Source of the DNA: an uncultured Alphaproteobacteria bacterium
GTDB lineage: Bacteria > Pseudomonadota > Alphaproteobacteria > Rs-D84
Assembly: GCA_944392775.1 (NCBI GenBank)
Contig: CALXXV010000003.1
Location: 61,279 to 125,278, forward strand
Reading direction: 5' to 3'
DNA: 64,000 nucleotides
Positions 29,191 to 39,664 of this stretch are shown here, piece after piece. Position 1 is the first letter of the stretch; each line of letters opens with the position of its first letter. A program made the position numbers and the translations under genes. The notes beneath the pieces are model-generated. The model was not told the origin of the DNA and did no database searches. It saw nothing but the letters and a program-made list of their open reading frames with translations.

Positions 29191-29763
29191 ATGGCTCGCA
29201 TTTTACAAATTCGTCGTGGCACAACTGCTCAAAACAATAATTTTACAGGGCTTTCCGGTGAAATTACCTTCGATACAGATGCAAAAACAATTCGCGTTCA
29301 TGACGGTCAAACACTTGGTGGGTTTCCGCTTGCCCGCGCAGACGACACATCTTCTGCCAATGATACAAACTTTGATATAAATTCTGTTCCAGATGAATTC
29401 TGGACGGAATTATTCGCCAATTTTAATCTTGTGCCATTTAACGTATTAGAAAGCAGCCTTTTACCAGTTGTAAATAGCACTTTCTTGGATTACACTTTTA
29501 ACTGTGATCAAATCGCTAAAATCGTCCAGACATTTTTAGTATGTCAAACACCAGAAGCAGGTTATAGCATCAATGAAAAAGTCTCTTCCTTTGGAATAGC
29601 AGATAGGACAAACCCCATTCCAAACACATATTTAGAAGAAGATGGTTTACACGTAAGGCTACCAATAGATCAAAAATCTTTCTGGGTTAGCCACAAAGAA
29701 ACAGGCGCAACAACAAATATAACTAACGATAACTGGAAAATTTTATTCAGAGTTTACTGTTGA
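29191..29763 (+). CDS. Phage tail-fibre-like protein with an Mtd_N-type N-terminal domain. Paralog of 51814-52275
   Basis: MARILQIRRGTTAQNNNFTGLSGEITFDTDAKTIRVHDGQTLGG matches the conserved phage tail-fibre/Mtd N-terminal motif (QIRRGT..GE...DT.....DG.T.GG). Confidence 0.55.
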   Translation: MARILQIRRGTTAQNNNFTGLSGEITFDTDAKTIRVHDGQTLGGFPLARADDTSSANDTNFDINSVPDEFWTELFANFNLVPFNVLESSLLPVVNSTFLDYTFNCDQIAKIVQTFLVCQTPEAGYSINEKVSSFGIADRTNPIPNTYLEEDGLHVRLPIDQKSFWVSHKETGATTNITNDNWKILFRVYC

Positions 29764-29813
29764 AACATATAAATTCATCTGCTATGCTTGCCCCATAGAA
29801 AAAGAGGATAAAA

Positions 29814-31055
29814 ATGTACATACTTGCTTTGAATTGCGGTTCTTCTTCATTAAAGTACCAAGTCTTTGACGCAGACTCTAAAAAAGTCGTTGTTGGGGGG
29901 AATGTTGAAAAAATAGGTCTGCCAGACTCTTTCATTACCCAGAAATATCCAGATGGTACAAAACAACGCAAAGAAACAGAAATGAAAAACCATAACGAAG
30001 CATTAAATGTTGTTTTGTTTATGCTACGCGAAGCTTCAATTGATATGAATGAAATAAAAGGCGTTGGTCATCGTGTTGTTATGGGTGGGGATAAATTCGC
30101 TTCTTCTGTAGAAATTAACGAAGACGTGATAAAAACCATTGAAGAGCTTTCTTCTATTGCACCGTTACATAATCCATCTGCTTTGATGGGAATTGTTACG
30201 GCAAAACAATTATTACCAAATGCAACCCAAGTTGCTGTTTTTGATACAGCATTTCACCAAACAATGCCAGACTATGCATATAGATATGCAGTTCCAAGTG
30301 CGTGGTATACAGAATTGGGGGTTCGCAGATACGGATTTCACGGCACATCACACCTTTATGTTTCTAAACGAGCTGCAAAATTATTAGGAAAACCAGCTTC
30401 TGAATGTAACTTAATCACATTACATATTGGTTCTGGGGCTTCAGCAACCGCCATAAAAAATGGTATATCTATTGATACCTCTTTAGGAATGACACCACTT
30501 CCTGGGTTAACTATGGGTACAAGACCCGGTGATTTAGATCCTGGAATCGTCTTGTATGTAATGCAACGGCTCGGTTTAACAGCAGACCAAATGCAAAAGC
30601 ACTTAAACAAAGATTCTGGATTGCTTGGTTTAACAGAATGTTTTGTAGATCGTCGCGACGTTGAACAAAATAGGGAAACGAATGATAAATGCAGGCTAGC
30701 TATTGAAATGGAAGCCCATAACGTAAAAAAATATATCGGTGCTTTTATGGCAGAACTAGGTCATACAGATGCCCTAGTATTTACTGCAGGGGTCGGTGAA
30801 AATGACGATTATTTACGTGAAAAATTCTGCAGCGGTCTAGAAGAGCTGGGTATAAAATTAGATAAAGAAAAAAATTCGAATGCCTTAGCACGTAAAGGCG
30901 TAGAAGAAGCAGAAATTAGTGCACAGGATAGCAAAGTAAAAATATTTATGATCGCCACAAATGAAGAGTTGGTTATCGTAGAAGATACTTTGGCTATTAT
31001 GAATGGCACATATAACCCAAGTCATCTAGAAATGGATTATTCTTTTGCAAAATAA
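29814..31055 (+). CDS. ackA: Acetate kinase
   Basis: ILALNCGSSSLKYQVF N-terminus. Typical length. Confidence 0.85.
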   Translation: MYILALNCGSSSLKYQVFDADSKKVVVGGNVEKIGLPDSFITQKYPDGTKQRKETEMKNHNEALNVVLFMLREASIDMNEIKGVGHRVVMGGDKFASSVEINEDVIKTIEELSSIAPLHNPSALMGIVTAKQLLPNATQVAVFDTAFHQTMPDYAYRYAVPSAWYTELGVRRYGFHGTSHLYVSKRAAKLLGKPASECNLITLHIGSGASATAIKNGISIDTSLGMTPLPGLTMGTRPGDLDPGIVLYVMQRLGLTADQMQKHLNKDSGLLGLTECFVDRRDVEQNRETNDKCRLAIEMEAHNVKKYIGAFMAELGHTDALVFTAGVGENDDYLREKFCSGLEELGIKLDKEKNSNALARKGVEEAEISAQDSKVKIFMIATNEELVIVEDTLAIMNGTYNPSHLEMDYSFAK

Positions 31056-31080
31056 AAACGCCCTTTTGGGCGTTTTTATT
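31056..31080. terminator. Bidirectional terminator AAAAACGCCC-TTTT-GGGCGTTTTT
   Basis: Between convergent ackA and the M48 peptidase gene. Confidence 0.65.
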
Positions 31081-32389
31081 TAACTAATTCTTTCGCTTTT
31101 ATATACTCTGGTGTATTTTTATCTAATTTTTTCATCGCGTTTTTTGCATATTTTATAGCTTTTTTTTCGTCTCCTAACATATGATAATATTCTGCACGCG
31201 CCCAATCAGATCTGCCATCTTCATAAGTTTTTGCCAAAACCCAATAAGTAAGTGGGGCTGGTTCTACCAATAAAGAACGTTTGCATAATTCAACAGCCCT
31301 CTCTTTATCGCCATTTTTATTTCTTTCTGTTAAAACTAATGCCAGTGCAGTTTCTATTTGTGGGGCATTGTCCTGCAAAGATAAACTTTTTTCATACGCA
31401 TCTACACTATCATCATAATACCCTAATTGATAATCTATATCACCCAATAACTCGTAAAAGTATGGATTGTCTGGATTTCTTGAAATTAATGCTTGCGTTC
31501 CAACACGTGCATCTTCTAATTTTCCCGCCTGCATAAGTGCTATGGCACGCGCATATATCGCCGCATCTGATTTATCTGAATTCGGATATAATGAAGCCAC
31601 CCTATCTGGACTATCAAGATAACCTATCAATTTTGCCTGTATTAATTTAAATTCTTCTTCTTGCTTTTTAGTTGGCGCATTAGATGCAACATAATCAGAA
31701 TCTATGTTCTTTATCTGCGTCTTTACATTATTCAGTCGTTCGGATGTCAGCGGGTGGTTTATCCTATTTGGATTCACCTTAGATTCCAAAACAGAAGTCA
31801 TTTCACCCATTTGTTCTAAAACTTGAACAAAACCATCTGGATCAAGTTTTGCTTTTACCAACAACTTTAACCCCATATCATCCGCAATTCTTTCTTCGTC
31901 ACGAGTAAACGCAAGCATAGATTGTTGCGCCACCCCACTGGACCCTGCTAAGACCCCCGCACCAAGTGACGGATTTCCACCGGCAACCATTAAACCAATA
32001 CCCAGCGCCTGTATCAACATGGCACGTTTTAACTCTGCTTCCATACGCGATGACATCTGTGCCATATGCCCACCAATAGTATGTCCCATTTCATGTGCTA
32101 TTACTGCCTGAAGCGCAGATGGCGACTTTATCTGTGTAAGTAAGCCTGTATAAATATAGATATATTCACCACCCATTACAAACGCATTAAAATCGTCACT
32201 ATTTATAATATGAACTTTCAATCTGCCGTCTGGGACATCTGCAGCACGACCAATGGGCGCCATCAATTCCATTAAAACTTTTTCTGTTTCTGTATCATTT
32301 ATTAATGATGCCGCATGTGCAGAAATAGAAAATAAAACTCCTATAAAAATCGTTAGGATCTTACGCACTGATTCCCAGCCCCCTATCAA
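31076..32389 (-). CDS. M48-family zinc metallopeptidase with C-terminal TPR repeats (BepA-like), signal peptide
   Basis: HEMGHTIGGH; TPR-like C-terminus. Confidence 0.7.
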   Translation of the reverse strand: MIGGWESVRKILTIFIGVLFSISAHAASLINDTETEKVLMELMAPIGRAADVPDGRLKVHIINSDDFNAFVMGGEYIYIYTGLLTQIKSPSALQAVIAHEMGHTIGGHMAQMSSRMEAELKRAMLIQALGIGLMVAGGNPSLGAGVLAGSSGVAQQSMLAFTRDEERIADDMGLKLLVKAKLDPDGFVQVLEQMGEMTSVLESKVNPNRINHPLTSERLNNVKTQIKNIDSDYVASNAPTKKQEEEFKLIQAKLIGYLDSPDRVASLYPNSDKSDAAIYARAIALMQAGKLEDARVGTQALISRNPDNPYFYELLGDIDYQLGYYDDSVDAYEKSLSLQDNAPQIETALALVLTERNKNGDKERAVELCKRSLLVEPAPLTYWVLAKTYEDGRSDWARAEYYHMLGDEKKAIKYAKNAMKKLDKNTPEYIKAKELVK

Positions 32390-34412
32390 AAATATACATC
32401 AAATCCCGAGTCCATGCATCAGGAACATCTACATCCCTTGCAGCATTTGCCGCCAACTTAAACAAATCATGGTGCATTCTATAATCTACAAAGTGATAGT
32501 TTATCCAACCACTTTGACGCGTCCCAAGCAATTCACCAGTACCACGCATTATTAAATCTTGTTCTGCTATCTTAAATCCGTCTTCGGTTTCTGTTAAAAC
32601 CTCTAATCTCTTTAAACCTTCTTCGCTGATATTACGACTATATACTAATATACAATAAGACTGTAAATTACCGCGCCCCACACGACCACGCAACTGATGT
32701 AATGCGGCAAGCCCGAACCTTTCAGCATTTTCTATAACTATTATAGAAGCAGACGGTACATCTATTCCAACCTCTATCACGGTTGTCGCAATCAATATAC
32801 GCATATCAGACTTATTGTCTGCAAATTTAGCCATAACTGCGTCACGTTGCTTCTTGTCCATCTGCCCATGAACAAGCCCGGCATCAGGAAAATATTTCTT
32901 TAAATCATCATATCTTGATTCAACAGCAGTCATATCCGATTGCTCAGACTCTTCAACCAAAGGGCATACCCAAAATACTTTGGCACCACCGGCAATCTGC
33001 GTGCGCAGACGCGCGACAAGTTCTTCTAATCTTGCAATCGATAACTTAGCAGTTTTAATAGGTAATCTTCCAGCCGGTTTTTCATTTATAATAGATACGT
33101 CCATATCGCCATAAATTGTCATAGATAAAGTTCGCGGTATAGGGGTCGCAGATAAAGCAAGCAAATCCGGATTTTCCCCTTTTGCACGCAAAGCCTCGCG
33201 CTGAGATACTCCAAACCTATGCTGTTCGTCCACAATAACCAAGCCTAAATCTTTATATTCTACGTCTTCTGAAAAAAGTGCATGCGTACCAACAATTATC
33301 TTTGTCCTGCCCGAACGCAACGACACTAACTTTTCGCGTCTGGACACACCTTTGTCACGCCCCGTTAAAACATCGCACACTATACCAATTTTATCGCACA
33401 TCGGTTTTATCTTTGCGTAATGTTGCTGTGCCAAAGTATCTGTCGGTGCAAGTAATGCTGTCTGCGCACCGCTTTCCGCCATCTTTACCGCTGCAGCAAG
33501 CGCAACTATTGTTTTACCGCTACCTACGTCCCCCTGCACTAAGCGCATCATAGGAATATCACGCGCCATATCATCAAATATTTCTTTAACTGTTCGCGAC
33601 TGCGCACCAGTCATGGAAAAAGGAAGAACAGAATAAAACTTTTCTAACAAATCGTATTTCTTTGCCCTGACCTTTCGCTTGTTCCGTGCGTCTTTTCTGT
33701 TTTTGCGACTAATCACAATAGCAGATTGATGCGCCAATAGTTCCCAATACGCAAGTTTTGCCATATATACAGAATTTGGGTTTAAGTCATCCGCACTTTC
33801 CGGAAAATGTACGTGACGAAGCGCATCAAAGAACTCTATAACCTGTACGTCCGTTTCATAGGCAATTTTTTCTGGCAGAATTGCGAATATCTGGTCACGA
33901 ACATTTGCGAATGTCTTTTGCGTTAAACCTTCGCCAGATGGGTATACCGCCTGAATAGATGGTATCTTTTCTGCGTTCTGCATTTCTTCTATGAAATCGG
34001 GATGATTTATAACCGCACGATTGCCTTTTTCTAGTTTTCCACTTATCATGCGCCACTGACCAATAGGAAGTTTCTTTAACCAATAATCTAAAAAGTTAAC
34101 ATTAAAAAACTGAATTAAAACTGTATTACCCATTTTATCCGCGCATGTAATCTGCGTAGGTGTGCGCCTGCCACGAAAAAAGCCACCCTTTTTATGCGAT
34201 TTAATCAATAAAGGAACCGTCACAATGTCCCCCGCAAGTGCAGTTGAAATATCTTCGTTAATTCCACGTGCGCGAATATAAACAGGCGCATGCAACATAA
34301 AGTCAAGCACCCTGCGTCCACCAAGAACATCTTCAAAGCGCGCCGCCAAAACCGGACCGACCCCTTTTATAAATTGTAAATCTGTATTTAAAAAATCAAA
34401 CAGTTCTTTTTT
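32361..34412 (-). CDS. recG: ATP-dependent DNA helicase RecG
   Basis: GDVGSGKT, DEQHRFG helicase motifs, wedge domain. Start adjusted to MKKELFDF. Confidence 0.85.
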   Translation of the reverse strand, partial: KKELFDFLNTDLQFIKGVGPVLAARFEDVLGGRRVLDFMLHAPVYIRARGINEDISTALAGDIVTVPLLIKSHKKGGFFRGRRTPTQITCADKMGNTVLIQFFNVNFLDYWLKKLPIGQWRMISGKLEKGNRAVINHPDFIEEMQNAEKIPSIQAVYPSGEGLTQKTFANVRDQIFAILPEKIAYETDVQVIEFFDALRHVHFPESADDLNPNSVYMAKLAYWELLAHQSAIVISRKNRKDARNKRKVRAKKYDLLEKFYSVLPFSMTGAQSRTVKEIFDDMARDIPMMRLVQGDVGSGKTIVALAAAVKMAESGAQTALLAPTDTLAQQHYAKIKPMCDKIGIVCDVLTGRDKGVSRREKLVSLRSGRTKIIVGTHALFSEDVEYKDLGLVIVDEQHRFGVSQREALRAKGENPDLLALSATPIPRTLSMTIYGDMDVSIINEKPAGRLPIKTAKLSIARLEELVARLRTQIAGGAKVFWVCPLVEESEQSDMTAVESRYDDLKKYFPDAGLVHGQMDKKQRDAVMAKFADNKSDMRILIATTVIEVGIDVPSASIIVIENAERFGLAALHQLRGRVGRGNLQSYCILVYSRNISEEGLKRLEVLTETEDGFKIAEQDLIMRGTGELLGTRQSGWINYHFVDYRMHHDLFKLAANAARDVDVPDAWTRDLMYIFDRGLGISA

Positions 34413-34515
34413 CATATAATATAAAATTAGCCAAAAACCTAAACTTTCGCAATAAAATAAAAAACATAAAAAGCGCCCCCAAATGGACACTTTTTATTCC
34501 TTTCACAGTAACTGT

Positions 34516-34902
34516 TTATCTTTGCCAATTTATGGAATCGGTTAATATATGAGCCAAAACCTTATCTATGTGCTTTTCATCAAAGTCTTTATCTTTAATG
34601 GGTTGTATACGAGAAAAATCTACTTTTGCCGGATATTTTGCAGCTCCGAACACATATTCCACATATGCACAAGAGGCAGGCAACAATTCATTATTCAGAA
34701 CAATATCTAAATTAGCTTTCCGACAGTTACCCTTTTCTGCTTCTATTCTCTTTTTATAGATTTTGCATGCCTTGGTTGAACAATTTAAATGCTCGCAACA
34801 AAAATCTGTATATAAAGTAACGTTTTTAAATCCTGATGATAATTTTATCAAACAGCATAAGCCACATTTTTTACAAAGCGCATCCCATTCTTTCGGTGTC
34901 AT
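34516..34902 (-). CDS. YkgJ-family Cys-cluster (zinc/iron-chelating) protein
   Basis: CKKCGLCC...C clusters. Confidence 0.5.
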   Translation of the reverse strand: MTPKEWDALCKKCGLCCLIKLSSGFKNVTLYTDFCCEHLNCSTKACKIYKKRIEAEKGNCRKANLDIVLNNELLPASCAYVEYVFGAAKYPAKVDFSRIQPIKDKDFDEKHIDKVLAHILTDSINWQR

Positions 34903-34963
34903 ACGACGACTCTCTTTAATTGTTCAGGGGGCAGCTTTATTGCCTTGTTATCTGATAATATAT

Positions 34964-35680
34964 TTATTCTAAAACTTGTTTCTGTAATTCTATTAAACGT
35001 GTGCAGCCTTTTGATGCCATATCCATCAATTTTACAAGCTGTTCTTGAGTAAAAGGATGTTGTTCCCCTGTCGCCTGAACTTCTATAAACTTTCCAGACC
35101 CAGATATAACAAAGTTAGAATCTAGTTCTGCGACACAATCTTCCTCATAATCTAGATCTAAAATCAAATCTCCATTCCAAAGCCCCGCCGAAATCGCGGC
35201 AACATGTTCTTGTATTGGATTTTCACGAATGCGTCCTTTCTCCAGCAACCAGCGCACCGCCAGTGCCATAGCGACAAAACCACCCGTTATTGATGCACAT
35301 CTGGTACCACCGTCTGCTTGAATAACGTCACAGTCAATTGTTATCGTATGACGTCCTAATTTTTCCATATCAACGACACTGCGCATTGCACGCCCTATCA
35401 ATCTTGATATTTCCGCACTACGATGATCTTTCATTAACGTTTCACGCGTTTTCCGTGTACCAACTGCACGTGGCAACATAGAATATTCCGCTGTTACCCA
35501 ACCACCTGTTTTATTCTGTAAACGCTTCCACAAAGGTTGATTTAAGTCAACAGATGCGGTACACAAAACCTGAGTGCCCCCCATTTTTATAAGGCACGAA
35601 CCTTCTGCCCACTTGTTTACCCCGGTCTCCATTGATACCGGTCGAACCTGATCTGATTTTCTCAAAGATGGTCTCTGCAT
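34964..35680 (-). CDS. rph: Ribonuclease PH
   Basis: Full-length RNase PH fold; conserved TRKTRE-type phosphate-binding region. Confidence 0.85.
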   Translation of the reverse strand: MQRPSLRKSDQVRPVSMETGVNKWAEGSCLIKMGGTQVLCTASVDLNQPLWKRLQNKTGGWVTAEYSMLPRAVGTRKTRETLMKDHRSAEISRLIGRAMRSVVDMEKLGRHTITIDCDVIQADGGTRCASITGGFVAMALAVRWLLEKGRIRENPIQEHVAAISAGLWNGDLILDLDYEEDCVAELDSNFVISGSGKFIEVQATGEQHPFTQEQLVKLMDMASKGCTRLIELQKQVLE

Positions 35681-35802
35681 AAAATAACCTTTAATTTATA
35701 AAACATTTTGTTAGTATATTATAAGAATAATAAATTGCAATTTTTTTTAGGTTTGCTTTTTGTCTTATATATTGCTATCCTGCCAAGCTGAAAAGGATTT
35801 TT

Positions 35803-36834
35803 ATGTCGGCACAGACAAAACGCCTATTTAAAAAAATTATAAGTTATTCGGGAATTTTCTTCTTTGCCCTTGCGGCTTTTATGCTGTGGTGGCAGTTGCG
35901 GGAATATAGTATATACGACATAATTCATGCAATTCTTAGTATACCAATAGTAAATTTAATTGCCGCATGTATTGCCTGTTTTGCCGGATACTTATCATTA
36001 TCTTTGTACGATTTTTTAGCTCTACGATACGTTGGCGGACACGTTTCTTGGTGGAAATGGATGCTTGCAGGGATGCTTGGATTTGCGATAAGCAATAACG
36101 CAGGTCATGCCGTCGTTAGCGGTGGCGCAATTCGATACAGGCTTTATACAAGATGGCGAATAAGTGGCGGTGACATCGTAAAAATGCTTACTTTTTCTGG
36201 TTTTACATTTTTCTTGGGCTGTTCCGCAATTTTAATTATCGGTTATTTTCTTGTACCTTCTGCACTACTATCCAGATCCGTTGGGGCAAGTTTGGGCATA
36301 AACACTTTATTTATAATATGCGCATCGGCTGTAATCGTATATTTTGTAGCAACATTGTTTTTTCAGAAAAAAAGCATAAAAATAGGCAACCTAAAATTTC
36401 AAATTCCAACAACCAAGACCGCTTTTTTTCAAATGCTATTAGGTGCAACAGACAGCCTTCTTGCAGGCTTGGTTCTATATTTTTGCCTATTACCGTTTGT
36501 TCAAATTCCTTTTGGTACATATATAGGGCTTTTTGTAATAGCGCAAACGACCGGCGTTTTTAGTCAGGTTCCTGGGGGCATAGGGGTTTTTGAAACAATA
36601 TTTTTGTTGGCTTTACCAGAACACGTCGATAAAGCAGATATTTTTGGGGCATTATTAGCATACAGAATAATTTACTATTTGTTGCCACTAATTGGTGCGG
36701 GCGGATTATTTTTAATATATGAAAACTGGTTACGGGCGCGCATGAAAAAGTGGCTGGCAGAGGCGAAAGAAAAAATTCCACAAATACCAGCAAAAATCAA
36801 AAGCATAAAAAATCTTAAAAATAAGAAAAAATAA
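35803..36834 (+). CDS. Integral membrane protein, lysylphosphatidylglycerol-synthase TM-domain / UPF0104 flippase-like family
   Basis: About 8 TM helices; family-like layout. Confidence 0.5.
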   Translation: MSAQTKRLFKKIISYSGIFFFALAAFMLWWQLREYSIYDIIHAILSIPIVNLIAACIACFAGYLSLSLYDFLALRYVGGHVSWWKWMLAGMLGFAISNNAGHAVVSGGAIRYRLYTRWRISGGDIVKMLTFSGFTFFLGCSAILIIGYFLVPSALLSRSVGASLGINTLFIICASAVIVYFVATLFFQKKSIKIGNLKFQIPTTKTAFFQMLLGATDSLLAGLVLYFCLLPFVQIPFGTYIGLFVIAQTTGVFSQVPGGIGVFETIFLLALPEHVDKADIFGALLAYRIIYYLLPLIGAGGLFLIYENWLRARMKKWLAEAKEKIPQIPAKIKSIKNLKNKKK

Positions 36835-37040
36835 ATACCTTGCCATACCATATATTTGCATGGTATGCTGTAATTTATCGTATGACATGGGGTTAATATA
36901 AGTGTTTGTATTGTCACTATTTTCTTTAATCCGATCTGCGCTGTTTGTAATCATTGCGCATTCCCTTGGCATGGGCTTGGACGCCCCACGGGGACGGATT
37001 ATTTCCATCGCATACGCATATAAAACAAAAGGATTATTAA

Positions 37041-38837
37041 ATGTCAAAGAAGATTTATGTGGACGCAGTCCACCCGGAGGAAACAAGGGTAGTAGTAGTA
37101 GATACTGCTACTAATCGCGTTTCTGATTTTGACGTTGAAACAACAACAAAACCGCAGATAAAAGGGAACATTTATCTGGCAAAAGTCATCCGCGTTGAAC
37201 CTTCCTTGCAGGCAGCGTTTGTTGATTATGGTTCTGGAAAAAACGGTTTTTTACCATTTTCAGAAATACATCCAGATTATTATCAAGTAACTCCTGAACA
37301 GAAAAAGAAATTATTAGAACTGGCTCATGCTAATATCGTTGACGACGATGAAGACCCAGATGATGAAAACGACGAAGTTGCAGAATATGACGATCAAAGT
37401 GCTGGTGAAGATAATAAAGAATTTACCAAACGCGCACATGAATTTAAAATTCAAGACGTTATAAAACCAAAACAAATTTTGCTGGTTCAGGGGGTAAAGG
37501 AAGAACGTGGTCAAAAAGGCGCATCAATGACAACTTATTTGTCATTAGCGGGGCGCTTTGCCGTTTTAATGCCAAATTCCAGAAAACGCAACAGTTATGG
37601 TATTTCTAAAAAGATTTCTGATAAAGCAGAACGCGCACGCTTGCGAGAAATACTACACGAACTTAAAATACCAAAAGGTATGACTGTCGTTTTGCGTACT
37701 GCTGCTTTTGAAGCAAATGCGGCAGAAATTGCAAAAGACTATGATTACTTGGTTAACTTATGGAATGAAATCCGTAAAACTACCTTGGAATCTGTTGCAC
37801 CTGTTACAATTCATACAGAAGACTCTTTATTACGTCGCGTAGTTCGTGATTTTCTGTCTGACAAAGAAGACGTTTTAGTTGTTCAAGGAGAAGAAGCTTT
37901 TGATGCAGCAAAACAATATTTTCAACAGATGTATGGACGCGCACCACGCAAACAGTTGATTCAATATAAAGACGCTGCAGTTCCTTTAATGGTAAAGGCA
38001 GGTGTTGAAAAACAATTAGAAGGTTTGCATGGTCCATATGTTCAATTACCTTCTGGGGGGTCTTTAGTTATAAACCAGACAGAAGCAATGGTGACAATCG
38101 ATGTAAACTCGTCCCGTGCTATCAAGGAAAAAGATATTGAACAAACTGCACTGAACACTAACTTAGAAGCAGCAGAAGAAATTGCACTGCAACTACGTCT
38201 TCGTGACTTGGCGGGTATTGTTGCTATCGACTTTATCGATATGGAAGAAGAAAAGAACAACCGCAAGTTAGAAATGAAAATGCGCGAAGTTATGAAACGT
38301 GACCGCGCACGTACACAAGTTGCAAAAATAAATAACTTTGGCGTTTTAATGCTATCACGTCAACGCTTGCGCAGTAGTTTTATGGAATCTTCATACGTTC
38401 AATGCCCACACTGCATGGGTGCAGGCGTAGTTCCAAGCATACAGACAGCGGCAATAATCTTATTCCGTCACTTGCAAGAAAAGTTACTGGCAAAAAGTGC
38501 ACAAAAAATCATCATGACAGTACCAACAGACGTTGCGATTTATCTTTTAAATCATAAGCGCGCTGAATTGGCAGCAATGGAAGCCGAATTTGAAACAGAA
38601 ATTGTTATAGTCGGTGATGACAGTTTGATGAATATAGACCAATATTCAATTCAACGCGTTGCACCAGAACAGAACAAGACAGAAGAATTATTGAGCGCAT
38701 ATGAACCATCTACAGATGTGAAAAAGAAAAATGCACAGCATGTAGAAGCAAAGAAAACGACAATGAACGCACCACGTCGTCGTCGTAAAAATAGTAACAA
38801 AAAGAAATCAAGCCTGTGGCATAAGCTGGTTGGTTAA
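37041..38837 (+). CDS. rne: Ribonuclease E/G catalytic protein (short form) with an acidic insertion in the S1 domain
   Basis: S1, DNase-I-like and Zn-link (CPHC) regions. DDDEDPDDENDE insertion. Confidence 0.85.
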   Translation: MSKKIYVDAVHPEETRVVVVDTATNRVSDFDVETTTKPQIKGNIYLAKVIRVEPSLQAAFVDYGSGKNGFLPFSEIHPDYYQVTPEQKKKLLELAHANIVDDDEDPDDENDEVAEYDDQSAGEDNKEFTKRAHEFKIQDVIKPKQILLVQGVKEERGQKGASMTTYLSLAGRFAVLMPNSRKRNSYGISKKISDKAERARLREILHELKIPKGMTVVLRTAAFEANAAEIAKDYDYLVNLWNEIRKTTLESVAPVTIHTEDSLLRRVVRDFLSDKEDVLVVQGEEAFDAAKQYFQQMYGRAPRKQLIQYKDAAVPLMVKAGVEKQLEGLHGPYVQLPSGGSLVINQTEAMVTIDVNSSRAIKEKDIEQTALNTNLEAAEEIALQLRLRDLAGIVAIDFIDMEEEKNNRKLEMKMREVMKRDRARTQVAKINNFGVLMLSRQRLRSSFMESSYVQCPHCMGAGVVPSIQTAAIILFRHLQEKLLAKSAQKIIMTVPTDVAIYLLNHKRAELAAMEAEFETEIVIVGDDSLMNIDQYSIQRVAPEQNKTEELLSAYEPSTDVKKKNAQHVEAKKTTMNAPRRRRKNSNKKKSSLWHKLVG

Positions 38838-38839
38838 TA

Positions 38840-38870
38840 AAAATCCCGTAGTTGCGGGATTTTTATTATT
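38840..38870 (+). terminator. Rho-independent terminator AAAAATCCCG-TAGTT-GCGGGATTTTTATT
   Basis: After the rne stop. Confidence 0.7.
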
Positions 38871-38887
38871 CTGGGGCGGATGACCGG
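38871..38887 (-). repeat. Exact 17-nt copy of the tRNA-His 3' end (CTGGGGCGGATGACCGG). attR-type direct repeat bounding the 2.4-kb islet
   Basis: Identical to 41262-41278; chance expectation for a 17-mer in 64 kb is about 1e-5. Confidence 0.75.
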
Positions 38888-39022
38888 GACACCTGCGCCA
38901 GGCAATTTTATTGTCTGGCTTCGTATTGTTCGCTTATCGCACCTAATGGTGCTGCTCACCACTCGTTCTCGTTCGACTTCCCTTCGTTCGGAAAGGAGTG
39001 CAAATATCGAGAAGAAAAATTT

Positions 39023-39649
39023 TTATGATTTTTTTAGTTTTTTCCATTTTATTTGCTGGTCTTTATATATGGGTTCTAAATTTTGTTTTATTTCTTCTCC
39101 GATATCAAAAATCCTTTTAGATATTGGATTGTTGATATCATTTGCAAAGGCTATTGCTTCGAATTCTAGATTGTTTGGATTTTCATACAGCATTTCAGAA
39201 GCTTGCCTGATTTTGCCCAAAAATGAGTACATTTCTACAAGTAATTTGTAAATATCTTCACCAAAATATATAAGGCATTTGTTAAGTATTTCAGAGAATT
39301 TTTCTATAGTTTCAGAACTTTTGTTTAATCTGTGTATTGGAAGTAAGCACGCCAATCTATCTTCATATATAGGCCATAACATAGAATTCGGAATATTTTG
39401 TTTTCTTGTGTTAACTTCGCATAACCAATTTCTTATTTCTGATAATTCCATGGGCGAAGTTACGTGGTTTCTGGCCGATATTATAATGTCTTGAAAATCC
39501 ATAACTATAATCATTATTTCCGATGCCAGCTCAATTTGCTTTTTGCCAAGATATTCTTTTCTCCACGCACGAATGGCACTTCCTGCCATAAAAGCCATTG
39601 CAAGTGTCCCAAGTGCAGTAAAAATGTCGGCAATACTACCTGTTGTCAT
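39023..39649 (-). CDS. Hypothetical protein with a single N-terminal TM helix. Partner of the HNH protein (putative immunity/regulatory component)
   Basis: ORF lies 15 nt downstream of the HNH gene on the same strand. Confidence 0.45.
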   Translation of the reverse strand: MTTGSIADIFTALGTLAMAFMAGSAIRAWRKEYLGKKQIELASEIMIIVMDFQDIIISARNHVTSPMELSEIRNWLCEVNTRKQNIPNSMLWPIYEDRLACLLPIHRLNKSSETIEKFSEILNKCLIYFGEDIYKLLVEMYSFLGKIRQASEMLYENPNNLEFEAIAFANDINNPISKRIFDIGEEIKQNLEPIYKDQQIKWKKLKKS

Positions 39650-39664
39650 ATCTAATTCTCTTTG

